Source of the DNA: an uncultured Acidimicrobiales bacterium
GTDB taxonomy: Bacteria; Actinomycetota; Acidimicrobiia; Acidimicrobiales; SZUA-35
Length of the DNA stretch: 64,000 nucleotides
Direction of reading: 5' to 3'
Assembly: GCA_937922785.1 (NCBI GenBank)
Contig: CALAJQ010000016.1
Coordinates: forward strand, 158,003 to 222,002
Below the pieces are notes generated by a model, which worked only from the letters and a program-made list of their open reading frames with translations, made no database searches and was not told the origin of the DNA. The position numbers and the translations under genes were made by a program. Position 1 is the first letter of the stretch. Each line of letters starts with the position of its first letter. Positions 54,388 to 61,567 of this stretch are shown here, one piece after another.

Positions 54388-54850
54388 GGGTCATCTCCTC
54401 TGCAATGTTGTTTAAGTTGGCTTCGACTCGGGCAGTCAGTTCTTCAAGCTGCTTGATTAGCGCTGAAAGGTCACCGGCGTCGGCTAACGCCCTTGTGGCA
54501 AGTTCTTGGGCCTGAGCGATAAGGGCAAGCGTAAGTTTCTTACCCGCGGGAGTCATCGAAATGAATCGTTGGCGTTTGTCTTCAGTTCCCAAAGTCCTGG
54601 TCGTGAGGTTCCGCTTTTCGAGACGACGCACGGCATGGGTAACTGTGGGTTGGGGGCTTAACGCCTCTCTCGCCAGATCAATGACCGAGAGCTGATCGTG
54701 TTCGTTCAGCACCGCCATCACTCGCCACTCTGAACGTGAGATTCCGTTTTGGTTTAGGACCGCGTAGAACGGGGCCGACAAAGTCTGATCCGCCTTACGT
54801 AAGAGGTAAGGCAGGTAACTGTCTACAAAGGGCGCGGCGTCATGAGCCAT
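54377..54850 (-). CDS. MarR family transcriptional regulator
   Basis: SRSEWRVMAVLNEHDQLSVIDLAREALSPQPTVTHAVRRLEKRNL winged-helix. First gene of the kynurenine operon. Confidence 0.88.
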   Translation of the reverse strand: MAHDAAPFVDSYLPYLLRKADQTLSAPFYAVLNQNGISRSEWRVMAVLNEHDQLSVIDLAREALSPQPTVTHAVRRLEKRNLTTRTLGTEDKRQRFISMTPAGKKLTLALIAQAQELATRALADAGDLSALIKQLEELTARVEANLNNIAEEMTRAG

Positions 54851-54863
54851 GCATCAAAGATAG

Positions 54864-54899
54864 ATTCATATGAATAGGAATTCAAGTATTCATTTGAAT
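54864..54899. promoter_or_regulatory. AT-rich palindromes upstream of marR (candidate MarR operators/promoter)
   Basis: Perfect 12-bp palindrome ATTCATATGAAT (54864..54875) and inverted repeat ATTCAA-N8-TTGAAT (54880..54899), within the 55-nt gap upstream of marR. Confidence 0.5.
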
Positions 54900-54905
54900 C
54901 TAGTT

Positions 54906-55094
54906 TCATCGGACTTCGATGGAGATCTCAATCACGAGCGGGTTGACGTTGTCGAAAAGCACCTCTAGCTCTGCGGTGGTGCCTTCAACTAACGGCTCAG
55001 CTAGGCCGATGCACATAACGTGTAGTCCCGCTGGCTCAAAGACAAGGGTTTTGCCAGCGATCAATATGAGCTGCGCATCAGACGCAGGAGTCAT
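54906..55094 (-). pseudogene. PCu(A)C copper chaperone (DUF461) C-terminal remnant
   Basis: The 62-aa ORF ...KTLVFEPAGLHVMCIGLAEPLVEGTTAELEVLF... matches only the C-terminal HxM half of PCuAC proteins (about 150 aa). The signal peptide and the N-terminal His/Met ligands are missing. The ORF begins 4 nt from the 47-bp element copy D. Confidence 0.65.
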
Positions 55095-55098
55095 TGAA

Positions 55099-55145
55099 GG
55101 GGGTCAAGTCTCAAACTTGGCTAGGTTGGCAAACCTGTGGATAAT
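55099..55145 (-). repeat. 47-bp dispersed element, copy D (inverted orientation)
   Basis: The reverse complement reads attatccacaggtttgccaacctagccaagtttgagacttgaccccc. It overlaps the GTG start (55137) of the DUF1028 gene. Confidence 0.9.
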
Positions 55146-56009
55146 CGTAGGAACCAACGTATAGCTGTAACGGTCCTAGCTGTGGTTGTAGCGACACTTC
55201 TGCCCGCCAATCCAGCGTCGGCGACAATTTCGATTGTCGGCGTTGACTCCGACGCTGGCGAAGTGGGAGTCGCTGTGGCGTCGTGTGTTCCAGCCACCTT
55301 TGTAGAGGCCGAATCGGGTACGAGCGAGATAGTTGCCCTAGTTCCTGGCGTTGGAGCAGGAATCTCCCAAGCCCAGCTCAACTCGAACGCACCCTCGGAA
55401 ATCTCGCGCCTACTAGCCCAGGGCAGCAGCGGCCCCGAGATTATCGAACGGCTTGTCTCTGACGACTTCGACGGCAACTTTGATGCCCGTCAGCATGCAG
55501 TTGTGACTCTCGACGGAAACGCTTCGGGGTTCACCGGGAAGGAGAACACCGATGTGGCGCTGGACATCCAGGACGTCGGGGTAAGCGTTCAGGGCAACAT
55601 TCTTGTTAGTGAAGCGGTGGCACTAGACGCGCTTGCAGCGTTCCATGCCCAAGACGGACCGCTGGCTACGAAGTTAGTTGACGCCCTAGTGGCGGCAGCC
55701 GAACAAGGGGGCGACTCTCGATGCGCCGCTCAGACCGCATTGTTTGCCCACGTAGCGGTTGCGGCCACAGGAGACGACCCTCAGAACCCGTCGGTGTTGC
55801 TGTGGGTAACCGTTGACGAGGGGACCGGTGAGAACCCAATATTGATGCTGGCCCAAGAGTTCAGAGCAGGCAACGACCAGGTAAGTGTTCTGAACGCAAC
55901 GGACTCACTTCTCTTGAAAGCCTTACCCCTAGCCATCGTCGCAGGGATCGTGATAGTTCTCGGACTTTTCTTGCTCCGGATTGTTCGAAGACTCGTTCGA
56001 AGTAAGTAA
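55137..56009 (+). CDS. DUF1028 (Ntn-hydrolase-like) protein, secreted and C-terminally membrane-anchored
   Basis: The signal peptide ends ...PANPASA, followed by TISIVGVDSDAGEVGVAVASCV (DUF1028 N-terminal signature with Thr first). C-terminal TM helix ALPLAIVAGIVIVLGLFLL. Confidence 0.7.
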   Translation: MDNRRNQRIAVTVLAVVVATLLPANPASATISIVGVDSDAGEVGVAVASCVPATFVEAESGTSEIVALVPGVGAGISQAQLNSNAPSEISRLLAQGSSGPEIIERLVSDDFDGNFDARQHAVVTLDGNASGFTGKENTDVALDIQDVGVSVQGNILVSEAVALDALAAFHAQDGPLATKLVDALVAAAEQGGDSRCAAQTALFAHVAVAATGDDPQNPSVLLWVTVDEGTGENPILMLAQEFRAGNDQVSVLNATDSLLLKALPLAIVAGIVIVLGLFLLRIVRRLVRSK

Positions 56010-56017
56010 CGTACGCG

Positions 56018-56047
56018 TTGACAACTGTAATTTGCGTAATCAATAAT
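56018..56047 (+). promoter_or_regulatory. candidate sigma-70-type promoter giving a leaderless or near-leaderless arsR-like transcript
   Basis: TTGACA (56018..56023), 18-nt spacer, AATAAT (56042..56047), ATG at 56054. Confidence 0.45.
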
Positions 56048-56053
56048 GTGAGT

Positions 56054-56716
56054 ATGGAAGAGGTCGATATTGCGCTCGCCGCCCTAGCTGATCCGACCCG
56101 ACGGCAAGTCATCGAGATGCTCATCGACCAACCCCGTCGGACCAATGAGCTTGCCGAAGAAATTGGAGTTAGCGTCCCGGCCGTCAGCCGACATCTGCGG
56201 GTTCTTCGTGAGCGAGAGCTTGTTGAGCGGATGGACGTTGAAGGCGACGGGCGAGGTCGGTTGTACAAACTCAACCCGTCTCGGCTCGCAACTTTGGCCA
56301 AGTGGCTGAGTGGCAACCACTGGACCAGTCAGCTGGCTTCGAAGGCGAGCTCACCAGAGGCCAGCGAGTATCTCCGGCGCGTAGGTGGCTTTCTTGATGG
56401 GTTCGCACAATCAGACGCTGGCTTCTTCGAACGTCACCTGGCTGACGACGTTCAGCTGTGCTTTCCCGGTAGTCCAACCCTTTGGGATAAAGCCTCTACG
56501 GTTGCCAGCGTCTCTAGTCACCCGCCGTATGTAGCGTGGAACATTTTGGAACACAGCTTCACTGTTCTTGGCGCCGGATTGACGCTGGCCGTCATCACTG
56601 TTGAAGTTCAGACAGCAGCCACTGACAGTGCAGCGCCGGTGGTCCAGTCAATGGTGTTTGACGACAGCACTGACCCGTGGACGCTGCGATTCCTGCAACA
56701 ATCCCCAGCCCAGTAG
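56054..56716 (+). CDS. ArsR family regulator fused to a SnoaL/NTF2-like domain
   Basis: LADPTRRQVIEMLIDQPRRTNELAEEIGVSVPAVSRHLRVLRERELV, then a domain of about 110 aa (FFERHLADDVQLCFPG...WTLRFLQ). The track start TTG 56018 coincides with the -35 box, so ATG 56054 is preferred. Confidence 0.78.
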   Translation: MEEVDIALAALADPTRRQVIEMLIDQPRRTNELAEEIGVSVPAVSRHLRVLRERELVERMDVEGDGRGRLYKLNPSRLATLAKWLSGNHWTSQLASKASSPEASEYLRRVGGFLDGFAQSDAGFFERHLADDVQLCFPGSPTLWDKASTVASVSSHPPYVAWNILEHSFTVLGAGLTLAVITVEVQTAATDSAAPVVQSMVFDDSTDPWTLRFLQQSPAQ

Positions 56717-56756
56717 CCCAAAAGCCAGTAGCCCAATAGCCCAAAAGCCAGTAGCC
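56715..56756. repeat. perfect 19-nt direct repeat x2 (AGCCCAAAAGCCAGTAGCC), 23-nt period
   Basis: Units at 56715..56733 and 56738..56756. Begins inside the stop codon of the ArsR-SnoaL gene. Shares GTAGCCAG with the repeats at 47010..47100. Confidence 0.8.
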
Positions 56757-56781
56757 AGTATCAAACCGAAAGAGGATCACC

Positions 56782-57180
56782 ATGTCAGACACAACCTCAA
56801 CAGCTACCGAGCTTGCACCTCGGCTAGTGGTCTCCGACGGAGATGCTGCCTTAAGCTTTTACGCCAACGCGTTTGAGAGTGAGGCCACTGATGTGATGCA
56901 CCACGAAGGCAAGCTGGTTAATGCTCACGTTCTAATCGGTTCCACGCTGGTCGGAGTGACCGAGGAAGATGGCGTCGTTAACACCTCGCCCGAAACGGTT
57001 GGCGGTACACCTGTAATCCTCAGTCTTAGCGTTCCAAGCGCTGACGTCGCAGCCGAACGGTTCGTCGAAGCCGGGGGAGAGGTCGTGATACCAATCGACG
57101 ATCGACCTTATGGGCGCCGCGACGTTCGGCTTCAGGACCCGTTTGGCCATCTGTGGATTGTCGGCCACGAACTGGGTTAG
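56782..57180 (+). CDS. VOC family (glyoxalase/PhnB-like) protein
   Basis: LVVSDGDAALSFYANAF...RDVRLQDPFGHLWIV, typical of PhnB-like VOC proteins. AGAGGA Shine-Dalgarno. Confidence 0.78.
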   Translation: MSDTTSTATELAPRLVVSDGDAALSFYANAFESEATDVMHHEGKLVNAHVLIGSTLVGVTEEDGVVNTSPETVGGTPVILSLSVPSADVAAERFVEAGGEVVIPIDDRPYGRRDVRLQDPFGHLWIVGHELG

Positions 57181-57199
57181 GCCGACCGAGTAACCGATG

Positions 57200-58573
57200 T
57201 TAGGTCCTGAAAGTTGCCCGGAACTCGGCTCCACCGATTGAGGAGTCGCCAACAGTTATTGTGGCGCCGTGGCTATCAGCAATGTGTCTCACAATTGCCA
57301 AACCAAGGCCCGAGCCACCTTCGCCGCGGGCACGAGCTTCATCCAACCTGGTAAATCGTTCGAAGATTCTTTCGCGATTCTCAGTAGCAATCCCCAGGCC
57401 ATCGTCACCAACTATCAGGGTGACCGTGCCCGCATTCTCTTCAATGGCAAGAGAGATTTTTGTGGCAGCGTGACGAACTGCGTTGTCCACCAGGTTGCGG
57501 ACCAGTCGGCCGAGATCGCTGCGTGAGCCCCGAAGCTCGGCTGGCACCACGCCCGACAGATCAACGGTTACCGAGCCTGTTGCCGCCACAAGCTCGGCCT
57601 CGCTAAAGAGCAATTCGTCCAGAGCAATTGTTGACTCGGTCCCAACTGGTCGGCCAGCTTCGGTCGAGGCAAGGAACAGCAGGTTGTCAACGAGGTTCCG
57701 TAGCCTGTCGCTCTCGTTACCAAGCTGCGCCTGAAGCGCTTGCCATCGAGAGTCACTAATTTCGGCAGTATCAACAAGCGCCCGAAGGTTGGCAACCGGA
57801 CTCTTTAACTCGTGAGATGCGTCGGCGGTGAACTGTCGCAGCGAATAGTCGTGCGCCTCAATCCGATCAAGCATTGCGTTAACAGTCACCGCTAGGTCTT
57901 GAATCTCATCGCGTGAGTCTGGGACATTGACTCGGCCACCGAGGTTTGTGCCACTGATTTCAGCCGCTCGAGACCTGATCCCCTCAACCGGTTGGAGCGC
58001 CCGGCCAGTTGTCATCCAGGTGAGTGCAGCAACTAACGCCAGCAGAGGTGGGAGACCTATCAACAGAAGGCGTCCGAGCGCTGTGACTGCTTCGTCGACA
58101 GTTTCGGTTTCGGCGCCGGCCACAACCACAAGCTTCCCGCCGTCCGCCCCGGCCGAAGCTAGCCGTAGCGTCGACAACTCGGTTTCGTTGCGTCCGTGGC
58201 CGGCTTCGATAACCAGAAGTTCAACTACGTCGATTCCTCCAATGGTTTTGGGAACCGGACTATCGACAGGTTGGAGCGCAACACTGGCTGCAACAGTTTG
58301 ACCGCCAGGAGTCCCGATCCAGACCAGGGCCTCCTCATCGTCAAGTAGGGTCACCAATTGCTGCGGGTCGCTGCCTTGATCAATGAGATTCGCTCGATCC
58401 TGAACCTGTTGAAGCAGCGACTGGTCGAGAGTTGCGGTCAGCTGGTTGCGGTACAGCAGCAACAGCAACAGCGAGCCCATGATCATTGCAACTGCGACAA
58501 CGGCGGCCGCCAATGCGGTGGATTGCCCGCGCACTGTTCGCAGTGCTCGCCGCATCGAGGCGAACCTATCCAC
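57200..58573 (-). CDS. sensor histidine kinase (two TM, HAMP, HisKA, HATPase)
   Basis: H-box SHELKSPVANLRAL, N-box LVDNAVRHA, G-boxes GDDGLGI and GGSGLGLAIV. Confidence 0.9.
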   Translation of the reverse strand: MDRFASMRRALRTVRGQSTALAAAVVAVAMIMGSLLLLLLYRNQLTATLDQSLLQQVQDRANLIDQGSDPQQLVTLLDDEEALVWIGTPGGQTVAASVALQPVDSPVPKTIGGIDVVELLVIEAGHGRNETELSTLRLASAGADGGKLVVVAGAETETVDEAVTALGRLLLIGLPPLLALVAALTWMTTGRALQPVEGIRSRAAEISGTNLGGRVNVPDSRDEIQDLAVTVNAMLDRIEAHDYSLRQFTADASHELKSPVANLRALVDTAEISDSRWQALQAQLGNESDRLRNLVDNLLFLASTEAGRPVGTESTIALDELLFSEAELVAATGSVTVDLSGVVPAELRGSRSDLGRLVRNLVDNAVRHAATKISLAIEENAGTVTLIVGDDGLGIATENRERIFERFTRLDEARARGEGGSGLGLAIVRHIADSHGATITVGDSSIGGAEFRATFRT

Positions 58574-59243
58574 CGTCGGAATCCAACATGTAGCCGGCGC
58601 CGCGCACCGTCACGATTGACTGCCTGCCGAACGGCGTATCGATCTTCTTTCGCAACGAGCCTGCGTAGACCTCAACAATGTTTGGCCCTCCGTCGAATGC
58701 GAAGTCCCACACATGAGCCAAGATCTCAGTTTTTGAAACGACTTGACCGACCCGTGACATCATGAATTCCAGGATGGCAAATTCTCGCGCTGTGAGATCA
58801 ATGGCCTCGTCGCCTCGCCGAACCTCCCGAGTTGCGGGATCTAGCGAAAGGTCACCGGCAGTCATTACAACGGGCCGTTCGCTACCTGCCCGACGAAGCA
58901 AAGCTCGCAAGCGAGCAAGTAGGACCTCGAACGCGAACGGCTTAGTCAAATAATCGTCGGCACCGGTGTCTAAGCCTTCTGCCTCATCAAGATGGCCATC
59001 TTTGGCAGTCAACATCAAGATGGGCGTCCAGTCGCCTCGGTCTCGGATGGTCTCACACACCTTGAAACCGTTGATCTTCGGAAGCATGAGATCCAGCACG
59101 ATTGCGTCATAGTCAACCTCGGCGGCGTACCACAGCCCTTCTTCGCCGTCGGCTGCTACGTCTACTGCGAACCCATGGTCTTCCAGGCCTGTTCTTAGCG
59201 ACTGGGCCATGACAGATTCATCTTCTACTACCAGGATCCGCAT
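58566..59243 (-). CDS. OmpR/PhoB family response regulator
   Basis: MRILVVEDE...LDLMLP receiver and a C-terminal winged helix (LTAREFAILEFMM...VEVYAGSLRKKID...TVRGAGY). Confidence 0.92.
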   Translation of the reverse strand: MRILVVEDESVMAQSLRTGLEDHGFAVDVAADGEEGLWYAAEVDYDAIVLDLMLPKINGFKVCETIRDRGDWTPILMLTAKDGHLDEAEGLDTGADDYLTKPFAFEVLLARLRALLRRAGSERPVVMTAGDLSLDPATREVRRGDEAIDLTAREFAILEFMMSRVGQVVSKTEILAHVWDFAFDGGPNIVEVYAGSLRKKIDTPFGRQSIVTVRGAGYMLDSDGG

Positions 59244-59249
59244 TGCCGC

Positions 59250-59852
59250 CTACCCTATATTCGCCCGTTGTGGTTCTACGGGGACCGTTGGCCTGGGTGG
59301 CTTTATTTGAGCCCTGCGGCTGGTCGCAAAGATCCGGTATCCGGTAAGAAAAACAACTAGCAGAGTCATCACGCCGGTTCCGGCAATATAGAACGGGTTT
59401 GCTGCATCTGTTCCGGCTGTTACACCGTGGACCAAGCCAGTCCAGAACAGTAGCCAGCTGGTCATGTGCACACGTTTCCACCAGCGGCGAGGGATTCGTT
59501 TCATGAACACCGAAGTCAGTTGCACTGCAACTAACAGATACATCGACACGATGCCCCATGCCACTGCGCCCGGTTGCCAGTTCGACGCAAAGGGAACAAA
59601 CAGGTCAATCAGACCAAACTCGACGTAGCTGTCAGCAACGAGCGCTGCCATGTGGACGCCGGTGAAAGTTACTGAAAGTCCTCCGAGCCAACGGTGCAAA
59701 GACAGCAACCACTTCGGGGCCGGTGCGCCCTTCATGATCTTGGTTGACAGCGCAAGCCCCCAAATCACTGACAGGCCACAGAGAGCTAAGGCAACTATTC
59801 CGCCCGAGCGCGCCACGTACCACCAGAGTTGTTCGTTGTCTAATAAGTGCAC
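59250..59852 (-). CDS. ferric reductase-like / MsrQ-like transmembrane heme-binding protein
   Basis: 200 aa, 6 TM, conserved His in LHRWLGG and VHM...HG positions, typical of YedZ/MsrQ-like domains. GTG start overlaps the apbE end. Confidence 0.7.
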   Translation of the reverse strand: MHLLDNEQLWWYVARSGGIVALALCGLSVIWGLALSTKIMKGAPAPKWLLSLHRWLGGLSVTFTGVHMAALVADSYVEFGLIDLFVPFASNWQPGAVAWGIVSMYLLVAVQLTSVFMKRIPRRWWKRVHMTSWLLFWTGLVHGVTAGTDAANPFYIAGTGVMTLLVVFLTGYRIFATSRRAQIKPPRPTVPVEPQRANIG

Positions 59853-60814
59853 GTCTCATACCTCTCATATGTCTCGTACCTTTCAAACTCGCAAAGTCGA
59901 TCAATCGACCGGTCGGCAAAAACTCTCAGAGCGGCACATCGTGGAGGGCAGTCGGGCGAGTCTGGCTCTGAACCCAAAGTCTCCGGCTGGCAAACAAGCG
60001 CAGTCGCGGCAGCTTCGGCCCACCAGGCTTCACCGGCAATCACCGAGGCAAGATCGACGCCGGGCACGCAGGAAAGTCCGGTGTCGGGATCTAGGAGGTG
60101 GTGGCGTTCTAGTCCGCCATGATTCCAGCGTCGCTTCTTGGTTGTACTGGTTGCCAGTCCGCAGTCGTTCAGTCGTACCGAGGTGATGGGACTGTCCAAG
60201 ACGGCGGGTTCCCTTATTGCGATTAGCCACGCGTCGCCTGAGGGTGGTGTTCCCCGAACTCGAAGGTCTCCACCGAGATTAACCATCGCGCCCCAGGCCC
60301 CATCGTTCATGAGTTGGGCCGAGATCATGTCGGCTGCTAGACCTTTGCCGATTCCCCCTGGGTCAAAACCGATGCCTTTGGGCAGACGGACGGTTTGGTT
60401 CTCACTATCGACGAGAATCTGCCCGCAACTCTGATCCGGGTTCCAGTCTTCAATTTGTTCCGACAGCTGGCACTGGTCAATCGCTGCGAAGCTTCTGTCA
60501 TATCCGAGCTCAACCATCCTGTTGGCCATTGTCGGATTGAAGCGACCTTGTGACAGCCGCCAAGCCAAAACTGACTTCTGAACAAGGCTGACTGTCTCCG
60601 GCGAGACTTTCATGGATCTGCCGTTTGCGTGACTTAGCTGACTGATCTCGCTACCCGGCCTGAATCGGCTCCACAACAGTTCTAGACGCTCGACAGCCTC
60701 AACGGCTTTGGCAACCTTGGTCGGCCCGCAAGGACCTACTGCCAGAACATGGCAGTAGGTTCCCATAGCGGTGAAGCGGGTTTCTGCCGAAGCCCATTGA
60801 ACTTCAACTGCCAC
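59840..60814 (-). CDS. apbE: FAD:protein FMN transferase (ApbE family)
   Basis: FDPGGIGKGLAADM, GDLRV and HHLLDPDTG motifs of ApbE. Unusual C-terminal tandem ERYETYERYET. Confidence 0.85.
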   Translation of the reverse strand: MAVEVQWASAETRFTAMGTYCHVLAVGPCGPTKVAKAVEAVERLELLWSRFRPGSEISQLSHANGRSMKVSPETVSLVQKSVLAWRLSQGRFNPTMANRMVELGYDRSFAAIDQCQLSEQIEDWNPDQSCGQILVDSENQTVRLPKGIGFDPGGIGKGLAADMISAQLMNDGAWGAMVNLGGDLRVRGTPPSGDAWLIAIREPAVLDSPITSVRLNDCGLATSTTKKRRWNHGGLERHHLLDPDTGLSCVPGVDLASVIAGEAWWAEAAATALVCQPETLGSEPDSPDCPPRCAALRVFADRSIDRLCEFERYETYERYETCTY

Positions 60815-61100
60815 TTGACTCAGTCACAGGTTTTGTTTTGCGCGCTTGTGGTGCAGTAGTAGGCCGTGCGTCGGTGTGGGGTTCGGGCGCTTCGACGACG
60901 ACGATGCGCCGGATTACCGGAGCGGCTGTGGGCTCAGGCTTACTTTCGGCTGCCCCGGCCATAGCGCCGACCATGGCCAAGCTAGACCCAACAGCCGCAC
61001 CAACAGCAACCCAGCGGCTTGCTTTGGCGGCCGGTTTGGGCTTGGCCGATTTTGGCTTGGGAGACGCCGTATCGGCGGGGCGTACTTCGTTAGTCATCAT
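60804..61100 (-). CDS. small single-pass membrane protein (hypothetical)
   Basis: MMTNEVRPADTASPKPK...RWVAVGAAVGSSLAMVGAMAGAA...: basic N-terminus, one TM, Pro-rich tail. Start chosen at the ATG ATG overlapping the upstream stop. The basic extension of the track ORF overlaps the upstream gene. Coding status is uncertain. Confidence 0.4.
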   Translation of the reverse strand: MMTNEVRPADTASPKPKSAKPKPAAKASRWVAVGAAVGSSLAMVGAMAGAAESKPEPTAAPVIRRIVVVEAPEPHTDARPTTAPQARKTKPVTESSGS

Positions 61101-61488
61101 CTTCACCCTCTTCCTCGTTGTGGTCCTCTTCCTCGTAGTCAGCGTCTTCGTCTTCTTCGTACGCTTCAGCCTCATCCTCGTGGTCGTATTCTTCAGACTC
61201 TTCGTTCTCTTCAGACTCATACTCGACTGCCTCTGACGGTGCCTCAGTCATGACAGGTTCGAGTTCGACTTGAGCCCGAGCTTCCTCAGCTGCAATCGTT
61301 GACTCTGGATTTGGTGCTGCAATTGGGTTGCCGTTCTGATCGACGTACTCGACAGCTATGACCGGCGGAGTCGCCGGTTCGCCACTGGCCTGAGTGCCTT
61401 GGCCGACGCTGAGGAACAGAGCCGAGACTCCGCCTGTAACTGTGAGGGCTAACGCTGCTGCAGCCCCAAGTGCTCGTTGTGATTTCAT
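61090..61488 (-). CDS. secreted protein with an extremely acidic Glu/Asp/Tyr-rich C-terminus (hypothetical)
   Basis: Signal peptide MKSQRALGAAAALALTVTGGVSALFL. The C-terminal 45 aa are almost all E/D with spaced Y/H. GAAAGGAA Shine-Dalgarno. Confidence 0.6.
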   Translation of the reverse strand: MKSQRALGAAAALALTVTGGVSALFLSVGQGTQASGEPATPPVIAVEYVDQNGNPIAAPNPESTIAAEEARAQVELEPVMTEAPSEAVEYESEENEESEEYDHEDEAEAYEEDEDADYEEEDHNEEEGEDDD

Positions 61489-61567
61489 TTTGATTCCTTT
61501 CGCCTGTAAGCGATTTGCTTGGAATCAAGATGACATTTGTTTGCTGAAGGATCCCTGAAGGCAGGGC

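Noticed and set aside
54919-55164. 81-aa plus-strand ORF spanning the PCuAC remnant and element copy D
   Set aside because: It is antisense to the sequence with clear PCuAC similarity, and its C-terminus is merely the open reverse frame of the repeat.
60838-61253. Plus-strand ORFs of 132 and 135 aa opposite the two small envelope-protein genes
   Set aside because: The minus-strand reading gives a signal peptide, a TM helix and operon continuity with apbE, while the plus-strand products are low-complexity. Coding assignment in this 0.6 kb remains the least certain in the window.
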